Of a stretch of DNA of 52,202 bases, positions 20,306 through 29,906 are shown one piece after another. How positions within the stretch are numbered: position 1 is the first letter of the stretch; the number at the start of each line of letters is the position of its first letter. A program made the translations under genes and the position numbers. This stretch comes from an uncultured Ruminococcus sp. GTDB taxonomy: Bacteria; Bacillota; Clostridia; Oscillospirales; Acutalibacteraceae. The stretch spans positions 1-52,202 of the forward strand of contig CACZCM010000002.1 of NCBI GenBank assembly GCA_902779615.1. Direction: 5' to 3'. The notes beneath the pieces are model-generated. The model worked only from the letters and a program-made list of their open reading frames with translations. It was not told the origin of the DNA and did not search any database.

Positions 20306-21688
20306 ATGGACGAGGAATACAATACGCATAAGACAGACGAGCATGACGCAGATATTATCAGACAGCGCCACGAGCGCAGGCGTGCAAAGCGCAGAAAGAT
20401 CCGCAGAAGGCGAAAGCTGATAACACGAATATTTGCAGGGGTGTTTGCGCTTTTTTTTCTGACATATTTTTCGATGCTGCTGTATACGTCTAATTTTAAT
20501 GTTATGGAAACCGAGCAAGCCGATTTTTACGAATACAGCGATGGGCTTGACGTTGAGGCGGTCGCACTTCGCAGCGAAGAGTATATCACGAATTCCAAAA
20601 AGGGGATAATCTCATATACCGCAGGCGACGGTGAAAAGATCAATGCAGGCGGGACTGTGGCGAAGCTTTTTGCGTCTGAGGGGGAGGTCGAGAATTGGCA
20701 GCGCTATAACGACATCAACAGCGAGCTTACTCTTCTTCGCGGCATGACAGGCTCCAACGACAGCTTGTTTGTTGATCTTGATACGGTTGACGCGCAGATC
20801 AGCAAAAAGATCACCGACTTCAAAAACGAAACCGCACAGAATAAGCTGACGGGAGCAGACAAATATAAGCTCAATCTGCTTCGGCTGTTTAACGAGCGCA
20901 CGGTTGTGACCGGCGGGTCGTCAAACTTTGACGGAAGGATAAGCGAGCTTCAGGCGCAGCTTGACGAGATCAAGATCTCAGAGGGGCTTGGCAGCGTGAA
21001 GAGCAAGCGCTCCGGCTTTTTTTCTTCGCGGCTCGACGGCTGGGAAAATTCGCTGGATTATTCAAAAGCGGAGCAGCTGACTGCGGACACAGTAAACGCG
21101 GCGGTTCGGAAGGATCCTCCCTCCGATGCAGTCGGACGCGTTATTACAACGATCAACTGGTATCTGCTGTGTCCCGTAACGGGCGAACAGGCGCTGACGG
21201 TATCTTCGGGAGACAGCGTGGTATCTGTGTCGATCCCGAGAGTGATGTCGGGCAGTATTCCGGCAACGGTCATCGGAGTGAATCAAAGCTCTGCCGTTTC
21301 TGACGGGCTGCTCGTTCTGAAAAGCGACTACATGGACGGTACGCTTGCGGACATTCGCCGCGAAAACATTTCGATCAAAACATATACCTACAGTGGGCTG
21401 AGGATCAGCCGAAGCGCTATTCACGACGACTTTATCAAGGTTCAGGATTATAACGACGAGGGGGAGCCGATCGGAGAGCCTCATGAGGAAAAGGTGCAGG
21501 GGGTCTACGTTTTGTATGGAAAGCGGCTCGAGTTCGTGCAGGTGAAGATCATATATTCGGACAATGATTTTGTGATATGCAGCGAGGATACGACCGACCC
21601 CGAGCTTCTGAACGGAAAAACCGTCAAGCTTCATGATACGGTCGTGGTCAGGGGAAAGGAGCTTTACGATGGAAAGATTGTCAGATGA
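20306..21688 (+). CDS. Membrane-anchored HlyD-like (barrel-sandwich/coiled-coil) protein of the division cluster
   Basis: ATG 20306 after GGAGG. Arg-rich cytoplasmic head (RRRAKRRKIRRRRK), one TM helix, then a long extracytoplasmic domain. Family name is from memory of clostridial annotations. Confidence 0.4.
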   Translation: MDEEYNTHKTDEHDADIIRQRHERRRAKRRKIRRRRKLITRIFAGVFALFFLTYFSMLLYTSNFNVMETEQADFYEYSDGLDVEAVALRSEEYITNSKKGIISYTAGDGEKINAGGTVAKLFASEGEVENWQRYNDINSELTLLRGMTGSNDSLFVDLDTVDAQISKKITDFKNETAQNKLTGADKYKLNLLRLFNERTVVTGGSSNFDGRISELQAQLDEIKISEGLGSVKSKRSGFFSSRLDGWENSLDYSKAEQLTADTVNAAVRKDPPSDAVGRVITTINWYLLCPVTGEQALTVSSGDSVVSVSIPRVMSGSIPATVIGVNQSSAVSDGLLVLKSDYMDGTLADIRRENISIKTYTYSGLRISRSAIHDDFIKVQDYNDEGEPIGEPHEEKVQGVYVLYGKRLEFVQVKIIYSDNDFVICSEDTTDPELLNGKTVKLHDTVVVRGKELYDGKIVR

Positions 21689-22406
21689 GCAGCTTGGGCT
21701 GAAGCTCAGGCAGGTCGAAGAGAACTACAAATATATTGAAGAAAGCATTTCTCAGGCGGCGTTTAAAAGCGGCAGACAGCGTGAGGACATAACGTTTTTG
21801 GCGGCGACAAAAACAGTAGAGCCGAGCGTCATCGATCATGCGATCGGGCTTGGGCTCAAATATATCGGCGAAAACAGGGTACAGGAGCTTCTTTCAAAAT
21901 ACAGCGAATACGATCTGAATAATGCTCAGCTTCAGTTTATAGGCAGACTTCAATCGAACAAGGTGCGTCAGGTTATCGACAAGGTGTCGCTGATACAGTC
22001 GGTAGACAGCGCAAAGCTTGCTCTTGAGATATCACGCAGAGCGAAGGAACATGGGCTGACGATGGACGTGCTGGTCGAGGTAAACATTGGCGATGAGGAA
22101 AATAAGTCGGGCGTTCGTTACGAGATGCTTGACGATCTGATAGGTGAGATAGCCGAGATGGAGTGTATTTCGGTAAAAGGACTAATGGCGATACCTCCGA
22201 TTTGTGAAACTTCACGGGAGGTCTGCAAATATTTTGAGAAAATGCACAAAATTTTTATTGACATTTCAACAAAAAAGACAGATAATGTATCTATGGATAT
22301 ACTGTCGATGGGTATGAGCGACGACTACAGCGAAGCTATAATGTGCGGCGCAAACATGGTCAGAGTCGGATCGGCGCTGTTCGGCAGAAGGAATTATGCG
22401 GTTTGA
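21669..22406 (+). CDS. yggS: YggS/YlmE-family pyridoxal-phosphate homeostasis protein
   Basis: ATG 21669 after AAGGAG, overlaps the preceding gene by 20 nt. LAATKTV, IGENRVQEL, LQFIGRLQSNK, SMGMSDDY, VRVGSALFG. Confidence 0.85.
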   Translation: MERLSDEQLGLKLRQVEENYKYIEESISQAAFKSGRQREDITFLAATKTVEPSVIDHAIGLGLKYIGENRVQELLSKYSEYDLNNAQLQFIGRLQSNKVRQVIDKVSLIQSVDSAKLALEISRRAKEHGLTMDVLVEVNIGDEENKSGVRYEMLDDLIGEIAEMECISVKGLMAIPPICETSREVCKYFEKMHKIFIDISTKKTDNVSMDILSMGMSDDYSEAIMCGANMVRVGSALFGRRNYAV

Positions 22407-22582
22407 GAGCCACTATCCACAGACTAGGCATAATTAAAGGCTTCCAAAGCCTTTGTAAAGAGGGGGATCTTTGAAGAAAATCCCCGATTTACGGTTTGCT
22501 GTACCTGTTATCGCCGTTTCAAAATGAAATAAGCGATATACGGCAGCGTATGGCTTGTACACATTAAAAGGAGGATAAACAA

Positions 22583-23161
22583 ATGAGCGACATATTGAAG
22601 AAGATTAAAAATATGTGGAATACTCCCGATGATGAATATGATTACGATGATGAATTTGAGGACGAAGAGCCTGTAGAAAAGGGCAGGAGCAGTTCGCAGG
22701 ACTACTACAGCGACCCGCAGCCCGACCCCGACCCGATCGCTGATGATTCGGTCAGCTATGCGTCTGCTCCGATCTATACTCCCGAGCCAAGCTACACGCC
22801 CGAACCGAGTTATACGCCTGCGCCGAGCTACTCTTCGTCATCGAGCCTCAATAATAATATTATGAATATAGATGCCACAACAAAGCTTCAGGTTGTGGTA
22901 TTCCGTCCCGACAGGTTCAGCGATGAAACCAGAAATATCGCCGACGAGCTGATGAAGCAGCATACCGTTGTTCTGAGTCTTGAAAACGCCAATAAAGACA
23001 ACTCGCGCAGGATAATCGATTTCATGAGCGGAGCGGCCTATGCGAGCGGCGGCAAGATCAAGCGTGTTGCTACGAGCACATTTTTGGTGATCCCGAGTAC
23101 GGTACATATGACCGGAGAGGATCTTGTGGAGCAGCTCAGACAGAACGGCTTCGATATCTGA
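22583..23161 (+). CDS. sepF: Cell division protein SepF
   Basis: AGGAGG RBS. Disordered Pro/Tyr-rich linker, then the conserved C-terminal domain (VVVFRPDRFSDETRNIADELMKQHTVVLSLEN..DFMSGAAYASGGKIKRV). Confidence 0.85.
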   Translation: MSDILKKIKNMWNTPDDEYDYDDEFEDEEPVEKGRSSSQDYYSDPQPDPDPIADDSVSYASAPIYTPEPSYTPEPSYTPAPSYSSSSSLNNNIMNIDATTKLQVVVFRPDRFSDETRNIADELMKQHTVVLSLENANKDNSRRIIDFMSGAAYASGGKIKRVATSTFLVIPSTVHMTGEDLVEQLRQNGFDI

Positions 23162-23162
23162 T

Positions 23163-23912
23163 ATGACCGATGAACAGAAAAACGCCGATGTATTGGTCAG
23201 AGAGCTTATCAGGCTTCAGGAAAAGCGGTATAACGTGTGTGTATCGGATTTTCTGAATGAGGGGCAGCAGGCTTATGCCGCAAAGGAGCTTGAGCAGCAG
23301 GGGTGCCGCTGCCACATGTTTTTTGGCGGCTTTGAGAATGCCGAGCGCAGAGTGCTCGCTGTGTATCCGGAATATATTATTCCGCAGAACGATGATTTCG
23401 GGATAACAGAGCTTCACATCAGATACCGCAAAAATGCCGAAATATCTCACCGCGATATATTGGGAGCGCTGATGGGGCTGGGTATCAGGCGTGAGAAGAT
23501 AGGAGATATCGTTGTCCAGAGCGGCAGGGCGACGTTTTTCATAAAAACGGAGCTTGCGCAGTATGTTTCTTCTCAGCTTGAGAAGGTCGGCAGAGAGGGC
23601 GTTGAGTTTTCGGAGATAGGCGCTGACCTTACGGCCGCTGCGCCAAAGCTTTTGACGAGGGGAGTCACGGCTTCATCGCTTAGACTCGATGTTTTGGTCG
23701 GCGAATGCGCAAATCTCAGCCGCAGCAAGGCTCAGGCAGCCGTGCGCGGCGGGCTTGTGTATGTAAATTCGCTTCCTGTCGATAAATGCGACGTAAAGCT
23801 TTCGAGCGGAGATAAAATATCGGTTCGGGGCAGCGGAAAATTCATTGTGGAATTTGACGGGGAGCTGAGTAAAAAAGGAAAATACAAGATCACCATATCA
23901 AAATATTTGTAA
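23163..23912 (+). CDS. ylmH: YlmH-family RNA-binding (S4 domain) protein
   Basis: ATG 23163, 1 nt after the sepF stop. C-terminal S4-like RLDVLVGECANLSRSKAQAAVRGGLVYVN. sepF-ylmH-divIVA synteny. Confidence 0.8.
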   Translation: MTDEQKNADVLVRELIRLQEKRYNVCVSDFLNEGQQAYAAKELEQQGCRCHMFFGGFENAERRVLAVYPEYIIPQNDDFGITELHIRYRKNAEISHRDILGALMGLGIRREKIGDIVVQSGRATFFIKTELAQYVSSQLEKVGREGVEFSEIGADLTAAAPKLLTRGVTASSLRLDVLVGECANLSRSKAQAAVRGGLVYVNSLPVDKCDVKLSSGDKISVRGSGKFIVEFDGELSKKGKYKITISKYL

Positions 23913-23930
23913 AGGATAGAGGGGATATAT

Positions 23931-24731
23931 ATGCTTACATTGGACGAGATACAGAATATCAAGTTTAAAAAAGCAAGTATCGGCGGGTACCGTGTCGATG
24001 AGGTGGACAGCTTTATCGATGATGTTGAGAAGCTTGCGGAGCAGCTTGAGGATCTGCCGAGGCTTCGCAAGGAGAACGCCGATTATGAAGACAGATGCCA
24101 GCGGCTGATGAAGATGCTCGAAGAGAAGCGTTCGGAGGAGAGCGCAGTTTCGGCTGTTTTGGTCAAGGCTCAGAAGGACGCCGACAAGATCAGAGCGGAG
24201 GCGCAGGCCGAGGCCAAGGAGATAATCGAGAAGGCTCACAAGGAAGCTGACAAGGCAGTGGCTGATACTAACAACCGTATCAAGGCTCAAAAGCAGCAGG
24301 CTGTCAGAATAACCGAGGAAGCCGAGATCATCAGAAAAAAGCTGATCGAGAATTTTGAAAAACAGATCGAGTCGCTGAAGCTTCTGCCCGAGGACGGCGA
24401 GAGCGCAAAGCTGAAGGAGAAGCTTGACGAGGAATACCCCACAAAGACGTTTGCGGATGAGGACAAGACGAAATCAAAGCCGAAGCCGAAGGCAGACAAA
24501 GCGGAAGAAGAAGGTTTCCAAACGATCGAGGAAGCCGTTGAGGACGCTACAGCTGCGACCGAAGACTCCGCAAACGCAGAAGCCGCAGCCGCTCCTGTCG
24601 GCGAGAGTGAGAAGGACGACAAGGAAGACAGCGCAAAGGACGGCAAAATTCAAATCGATAAATCAAAGTTTGAGTCACGCTTCGGCAAGCTGAAGTTCGG
24701 CGAGGACTATGATGTAAAAAAGGCTGATTAA
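23931..24731 (+). CDS. divIVA: DivIVA-domain cell division protein with long charged C-terminal tail
   Basis: MLTLDEIQNIKFKKASIGGYRVDEVDSFIDDV is the DivIVA N-terminal signature, followed by coiled-coil sequence. Confidence 0.85.
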   Translation: MLTLDEIQNIKFKKASIGGYRVDEVDSFIDDVEKLAEQLEDLPRLRKENADYEDRCQRLMKMLEEKRSEESAVSAVLVKAQKDADKIRAEAQAEAKEIIEKAHKEADKAVADTNNRIKAQKQQAVRITEEAEIIRKKLIENFEKQIESLKLLPEDGESAKLKEKLDEEYPTKTFADEDKTKSKPKPKADKAEEEGFQTIEEAVEDATAATEDSANAEAAAAPVGESEKDDKEDSAKDGKIQIDKSKFESRFGKLKFGEDYDVKKAD

Positions 24732-24760
24732 CGTAATGGCTTTTCTAAAGGCTAAAAATG

Positions 24761-25057
24761 GCACAGCACATAGTTTTTGCCCCGCTTTTTTCAAAAGGTG
24801 ACCAAAGGAAATCCCTTCAGGGACGGGCAGGTTGCAAGGGCAGCGCCCTTGCCCGCCGGAGGCATGCTTCATGTCTCGCCTGCCGGCTCGGTCGGCGCTT
24901 CTGCTTCGCAGAGGTCTCCCCTGGAGACCCGCGCCCCTTTTAGGGGTGAAGTTCGAAAACAGTCCAGCGGACTGTTTTCGAAAGAGGTGCATTTTGCATG
25001 ACCATGCCCCTTGCTAATGGCTTGCATTAAAGTGCCCTCGCCGCACCAAGGCGACGC
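24761..25057. repeat. Mosaic GC-rich intergenic repeat, copy A (upstream of ileS)
   Basis: About 297 bp built from the same modules as copy B (27957-28252): gcacagcac..ccccgcttttttcaaaaggtgacc..ggaaatccctt.agggacgggcaggttgcaaggg; tctcgcctgccggctcggtcgg.gctt.tgcttcgcagaggtctccc..ggagacccgc; cccttgcccgccggaggcatg.ttca (at a different position in A and B); terminator-like hairpin; terminal ccctcgccgc.ccaaggcgac. Confidence 0.85.
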
Positions 25058-25157
25058 ATAAACTTGTGGTTATGAAGCCATGTTTTAGAATTGCCCATAT
25101 TTAATAAGCCGCCAATTTACGTGACTGTGTGAATCAGCACGAAAGGAGAAATTACCA

Positions 25158-27938
25158 ATGGCACAGGATTTTAAGAACACGATGAATCTTCCGGCAACCA
25201 AGTTCCCGATGAGGGCAGGTCTGCCGAAGAGCGAACCCGAAACTCTCAAAACGTGGGAGAACGATAAGATCTATGAGAATCTTATGAAGAAAAACGAGGG
25301 CAAGCCGCTTTTCGTTCTTCATGACGGCCCTCCGTATGCAAACGGCGATATCCATTTGGGTACTGCTCTCAATAAGATACTTAAAGATTTTATTATCAGA
25401 TATAAGAATATGGCGGGGTTCAAAGCGCCGTATGTTCCCGGTTGGGATACCCACGGTCTGCCCACGGAGCTTAAAGCAAGAGCTAAGGCCGGTATCACGA
25501 ATTCTACGTCTATTTCCGATACCGAGCTTCGCAAGATCTGCCGCGATTTCGTTGACCAATACCTCAACGATCAACGCAATTCGTTTAAGCGTCTTGGCGC
25601 GATCGGCGATTGGGAGAATCCGTATATTACTCTTCAGCATGAGTTCGAGGCTCGTCAGATCGAGGTCTTTTCCGATATGGCGTGCAAGGGTTACATTTAC
25701 AAGGGTCTGAAGCCTGTGTACTGGTGCCCCGACTGTAAGACCGCTCTTGCGGAGGCCGAGATCGAGTATGCAGAGGATCCGTGTCATTCTATCTATGTCA
25801 AGTTCAAAGTTACCGACGATAAGGGTCTGCTTACCGAAAAAGGTATTCCCGCAGACAAGACCTCCTTCGTTATCTGGACTACGACTACATGGACGCTCCC
25901 CGCAAACGTTGCTATCTGCGTCGGCCCGACATTCGACTATAATGTTATCAAGTGCGGCGATGAGTATTTCATCATGGCGGACGCTCTTTATGCCGAGGCT
26001 ATGGAGGCTGCCGGCAAGACAGATTATGAAGTCGTTGCAGCGTTTAAGGGCAGCGAGTTTGAGTTTATGAAGGTTCAGCACCCGTTCCTCGATCGCGAAT
26101 CCGTACTTATTGTCGGCGATCACGTAACTCTCGACAGCGGTACAGGCTGCGTTCACACCGCGCCCGGTCACGGCATCGAGGACTATGACGTGTGCAGAAA
26201 TTATCCCGATATCCCGATCGTTGTTCCGGTTGACGCCGACGGCGTTTTGACGGAGGAAGCAGGTCGTTTTGCAGGTCTTTCGACCGAAGACGCAAACAAG
26301 CCGATCGCTCTTTATCTTGAGGAAACAGGTTCGCTGTTCGCACTCAAGAAGATCATTCACCAGTATCCGCACTGCTGGAGATGCAAGAAGCCGGTTCTTT
26401 TCAGAGCTACTGATCAGTGGTTCTGCTCGGTTGAGGACTTCAAGGAGAAAACTCTCGAAGCCATCAAGGGCGTTGAGTGGATTCCCGGCTGGGGCGAGGT
26501 TCGTATCTCGAACATGGTTAGAGAGCGCAAGGACTGGTGTATTTCCCGTCAGAGAAAATGGGGCGTTCCGATTCCGATCTTCTTCTGCAAAAACTGCGGC
26601 GAGCCGCACATCGACAAGGACGCTATGCAGGCTGTAGCCGATCTGTTCAGAGCCGAGGGTTCGGACGCATGGTTCGAAAAGAGTGCTGCCGACATTCTCC
26701 CCGAGGGCACGAAGTGCAAAAAGTGCGGCGGCGTAGATTTTGATAAAGAGAAGGATATCATGGACGTTTGGTTCGATTCCGGCTCGACTCATGCAGCGGT
26801 TCTCAGAGAGCGCAAGGATCTTAGATTCCCCGCCGATCTCTATCTTGAGGGCGCGGATCAGTACAGAGGCTGGTTCCAGTCTTCACTTTTGACGAGCGTT
26901 GCAACAACGGGCGAGTCGCCGTACAAGGCAGTTTTGACTCACGGCTGGGTCGTTGACGGTCAGGGCAGAAAAATGAGTAAGTCGCTTGGAAACGGAATTC
27001 TCCCAAGCGAGGTCGTTGAGCAGTACGGCGCTGATATTCTCCGTTTGTGGGTGGCTTCAAGTGATTATCATGCGGATATTCGTATCTCGAAGGATATTCT
27101 CAAGCAGCTTTCCGAATCTTACCGCAAGATCAGAAACACCGCGCGTTACATTCTCTCGAACCTCTACGACTTCGACCCCAATACGGATATGGTTTCGCTC
27201 GACGAGCTTCTCCCGATCGACAAATGGGCTGTATACAAGCTCAAGGAGCTTGACAAGAAGGTTCGTGCAGGCTATGACGCTTACGAGTTCCACAATGTTT
27301 ATCATGCGATCCACAATTTCTGCGTAATCGATATGTCGAATTTCTACCTCGACGTTTTGAAGGACAGACTCTACACCGAGGCTGCCGACTGCAAGGAGCG
27401 CAGAGCGGCTCAGACGGCTATCTACATCATTCTTGACGCAATGACAAGAATGATCACACCTATCCTTGCGTACACTTCCGATGAGATCTGGAAGTTTATG
27501 CCTCATGCAGACAATGTGAACAAGGAACACGCTGTTTACAACGAGATGCCCGTTATCCCCGAGATCGGTGCGGACGAAGAGTTTATCGCGCGTTGGGACA
27601 AGATTCACGAGCTGCGCGATATAGTGAAGAAGTCCATTGAAGAAGCCGTATCGAAGAAAATCGTTAAGTCGTCGCTTGAGTGCAGCATTACTCTTGCGTG
27701 CACAGGCGATGAGTTTGAATTCATCAAGTCGGTTGAGGACGAGCTGAAGACGGCGTTCATCGTTTCGGGCGTGAAGCTTGTTAATGATGAGAGCGCAAAG
27801 GAACTTGCCGTTACTGTTGAGAAGGCAGAGGGCGAAAAGTGCGAACGCTGCTGGGCATACTCAACAACTGTCGGCAAAGACGCAGATTATCCCTGCGTTT
27901 GCGCAAGATGCGCCGGCGTACTGAAATCACGTTCGTGA
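25158..27938 (+). CDS. ileS: Isoleucine--tRNA ligase (type 1, C-terminal zinc finger)
   Basis: AAAGGAG RBS. HDGPPYANGDIHLGT (HIGH), KMSKSLGN, C-terminal CERCW...CARC. Confidence 0.95.
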   Translation: MAQDFKNTMNLPATKFPMRAGLPKSEPETLKTWENDKIYENLMKKNEGKPLFVLHDGPPYANGDIHLGTALNKILKDFIIRYKNMAGFKAPYVPGWDTHGLPTELKARAKAGITNSTSISDTELRKICRDFVDQYLNDQRNSFKRLGAIGDWENPYITLQHEFEARQIEVFSDMACKGYIYKGLKPVYWCPDCKTALAEAEIEYAEDPCHSIYVKFKVTDDKGLLTEKGIPADKTSFVIWTTTTWTLPANVAICVGPTFDYNVIKCGDEYFIMADALYAEAMEAAGKTDYEVVAAFKGSEFEFMKVQHPFLDRESVLIVGDHVTLDSGTGCVHTAPGHGIEDYDVCRNYPDIPIVVPVDADGVLTEEAGRFAGLSTEDANKPIALYLEETGSLFALKKIIHQYPHCWRCKKPVLFRATDQWFCSVEDFKEKTLEAIKGVEWIPGWGEVRISNMVRERKDWCISRQRKWGVPIPIFFCKNCGEPHIDKDAMQAVADLFRAEGSDAWFEKSAADILPEGTKCKKCGGVDFDKEKDIMDVWFDSGSTHAAVLRERKDLRFPADLYLEGADQYRGWFQSSLLTSVATTGESPYKAVLTHGWVVDGQGRKMSKSLGNGILPSEVVEQYGADILRLWVASSDYHADIRISKDILKQLSESYRKIRNTARYILSNLYDFDPNTDMVSLDELLPIDKWAVYKLKELDKKVRAGYDAYEFHNVYHAIHNFCVIDMSNFYLDVLKDRLYTEAADCKERRAAQTAIYIILDAMTRMITPILAYTSDEIWKFMPHADNVNKEHAVYNEMPVIPEIGADEEFIARWDKIHELRDIVKKSIEEAVSKKIVKSSLECSITLACTGDEFEFIKSVEDELKTAFIVSGVKLVNDESAKELAVTVEKAEGEKCERCWAYSTTVGKDADYPCVCARCAGVLKSRS

Positions 27939-27956
27939 TCTGATAGTTTCGATAGA

Positions 27957-28252
27957 GCACAGCACGAAGTTTTTACCCCGCTTTTTTCAAAAAGGTGACC
28001 GAGGGAAATCCCTTTAGGGACGGGCAGGTTGCAAGGGCGCGAGTCTCGCCTGCCGGCTCGGTCGGTGCTTTTGCTTCGCAGAGGTCTCCCCCGGAGACCC
28101 GCACCCCTTGCCCGCCGGAGGCATGATTCAGCCCTTTGCAAGGGTGAATTCAAAAACAATCCGGGGGATTGTTTTTGAAGAGGGACGCTTTGGCAGAAAG
28201 CGTCCCTTAGTTCCGGTTTGCACCAAAGCCCCCTCGCCGCTCCAAGGCGACA
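27957..28252. repeat. Mosaic GC-rich intergenic repeat, copy B (downstream of ileS)
   Basis: Direct-orientation partner of copy A. Hairpin aaaacaatcc-ggg-ggattgttttt corresponds to aaaacagtcc-agc-ggactgtttt in A, with compensatory stem changes. Confidence 0.85.
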
Positions 28253-28310
28253 CATTAATTTTTTATGAAAATAAAAAATTGCTCATTTTTAGTTTAGAAA
28301 GGATCTTTCG

Positions 28311-28796
28311 ATGACAGTAATTGCAATAATAATGATAATCCTGCTGGTCGCCGTCGATCAGTTGTCAAAACTTTATGCGCTCAACGTCGTCAAGCCTGCC
28401 GGGCTTATCACCGTGATCGATAATTTCTATTACTTCGTTTATGTGGAGAATCGCGGCGCGGCATTCGGAATCATGCAGAATAAACAGTGGTTCTTTATAA
28501 TTGTAACGCTGATAATATTTGGCGGTATGGGCTATCTTTTCTATAATTATAAAATAGAAGGCAAGTTGTTTTTTGCGGCAATTGTATTGATTATAGGCGG
28601 CGGTGTCGGAAATCTGATCGACAGGATATTTCGCGGTTATGTCGTAGATTTCCTGCAATTTTCGTTTTTTGCACCCGTGTGCAACCTTGCGGATTACTTC
28701 ATCACGGTCGGCGCAGTGCTGCTGATAATATCGGTTATCTTTTGCAAAAAGAACATCGCTCCAAAAATTCGCGTCGAGAAAAATGAGGATCGATAA
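28311..28796 (+). CDS. lspA: Lipoprotein signal peptidase (signal peptidase II)
   Basis: 161 aa, four hydrophobic segments. VENRGAAFG and GNLIDR..GYVVDF motifs. Confidence 0.9.
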   Translation: MTVIAIIMIILLVAVDQLSKLYALNVVKPAGLITVIDNFYYFVYVENRGAAFGIMQNKQWFFIIVTLIIFGGMGYLFYNYKIEGKLFFAAIVLIIGGGVGNLIDRIFRGYVVDFLQFSFFAPVCNLADYFITVGAVLLIISVIFCKKNIAPKIRVEKNEDR

Positions 28797-29710
28797 TGGA
28801 TTACAGATTGATAGTTACGGCGGAAAACGAGGGCGTGCGTATTGATAAGCTTGTGTGCGACTGCATAGAAACGCTTTCTCGAAGCGCAGTATCTCAGCTT
28901 GCAGATGAAGGCAGGATAACCGTCAACGGCGCGGCGGTGAATAAAAAGTTCAAGCCGAAAGCGGGCGATTTGATCGAACTTGATGTGCCGGAGCCGAAGA
29001 AGCTTGAAGCGGAAGCGGAAGATATCCCGCTCGACATCGTGTATGAGGACGACGATCTGCTTGTTGTGAACAAGTGCAAGGGCATGGTTGTTCACCCCGC
29101 GCCGGGAAACTACAGCGGTACGCTCGTCAATGCGCTTTTGTACCACTGCAAGGACAGTTTGTCCGGTATCAACGGTGTTTTGCGTCCGGGAATCGTTCAC
29201 CGTATCGACAAAGATACAAGCGGGCTTTTGATCGTGGCGAAAAATGACAGGGCGCATATCAGGCTTGCCGAGCAGATCAAGGTGCATTCGTTTTCGCGGG
29301 AATACGAAGCGGTGGTGTACGGCAGACTCAAAAACGACAGCGGTACGATCGACGCGCCTATCGGCAGGAGCAAGATCGACCGCAAGAAAATGTGCGTTAC
29401 CGACAGCAATTCGAAACCTGCTGTTACTCATTACAAAGTCATAGACAACGGCGGCGGATTTTCGCATGTTGCGCTGAAATTGGAAACGGGGCGCACGCAT
29501 CAGATACGTGTTCACATGGCATATATTGGTCATGCGGTGGCGGGTGACCCGGTGTATGGTCCGCAAAAAGTTATAACCGAGCTGCGCGGGCAATGTCTGC
29601 ATGCAAAAAAGATCGGCTTCGTTCACCCGATTACGGGGGAGTATTTGTCGTTTGATTCCGAATTGCCCGATTATTTTAAGCGATTTTTGAGCAAAAACGA
29701 GATTTTGTAA
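28796..29710 (+). CDS. rluD: RluA-family 23S rRNA pseudouridine synthase (RluD-like, N-terminal S4 domain)
   Basis: TAATG overlap with lspA. VVNKCKGMVVHP, HRIDKDTSGLLIVAKN, GRTHQIRVHM. Confidence 0.9.
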   Translation: MDYRLIVTAENEGVRIDKLVCDCIETLSRSAVSQLADEGRITVNGAAVNKKFKPKAGDLIELDVPEPKKLEAEAEDIPLDIVYEDDDLLVVNKCKGMVVHPAPGNYSGTLVNALLYHCKDSLSGINGVLRPGIVHRIDKDTSGLLIVAKNDRAHIRLAEQIKVHSFSREYEAVVYGRLKNDSGTIDAPIGRSKIDRKKMCVTDSNSKPAVTHYKVIDNGGGFSHVALKLETGRTHQIRVHMAYIGHAVAGDPVYGPQKVITELRGQCLHAKKIGFVHPITGEYLSFDSELPDYFKRFLSKNEIL

Positions 29711-29726
29711 AATTTCAATTAATATA

Positions 29727-29755
29727 TTGCAATAGTCAACAATTTGTGATATAAT
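29727..29755 (+). promoter_or_regulatory. Near-consensus SigA promoter of rplS
   Basis: TTGCAA (29727-29732), 17 nt, TGaTATAAT (29747-29755). Leaves a ~145-nt leader. Confidence 0.7.
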
Positions 29756-29906
29756 ATTATACGCATTTGAACCGTTGGTTTTTTGCCAATGCGATTCACT
29801 GCCCGGTCGGAAATTTGACCGAACAATGAAGCGGACAGTCCTCTGGCTAAAGCAGCAGCTTCATGCTTTACGTTAAGAATGTCTGTAAACTTAGGAGGAA
29901 AATAAA

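Noticed and set aside
22766-22831. Nucleotide repeat encoding (P)SYTPE x3 in SepF
   Set aside because: Ordinary low-complexity linker repeat within a disordered region. The units differ by synonymous changes. No further significance evident.
24675-25017. Several 60-105-aa ORFs on both strands inside repeat copy A, and 27887-28255 inside copy B
   Set aside because: They lie in the GC-rich mosaic repeats and are Arg/Gly/Pro/Ala low-complexity. They are not conserved in frame between copies A and B because the modules are reshuffled.
24732-25157. Expected T-box leader upstream of ileS (and of metG, 11697-11989)
   Set aside because: I looked on the appropriate strand for the GGTGGTACCGCG-type T-box sequence and for Stem I features and found none. 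The ileS upstream region is occupied by the mosaic repeat instead. The metG leader only shows two plain hairpins.
25152-26792. 546-aa ORF antisense to ileS
   Set aside because: Shadow ORF of a strongly conserved sense gene. No RBS, Arg/Leu/Cys-rich composition, no recognisable motifs.
29741-29757. The same 16-mer aatttgtgatataata in the rplS promoter and, on the minus strand, in the promoter at 35093-35120
   Set aside because: It is essentially the extended -10 consensus plus an AT-rich spacer, so chance similarity of two strong promoters is the simplest explanation.
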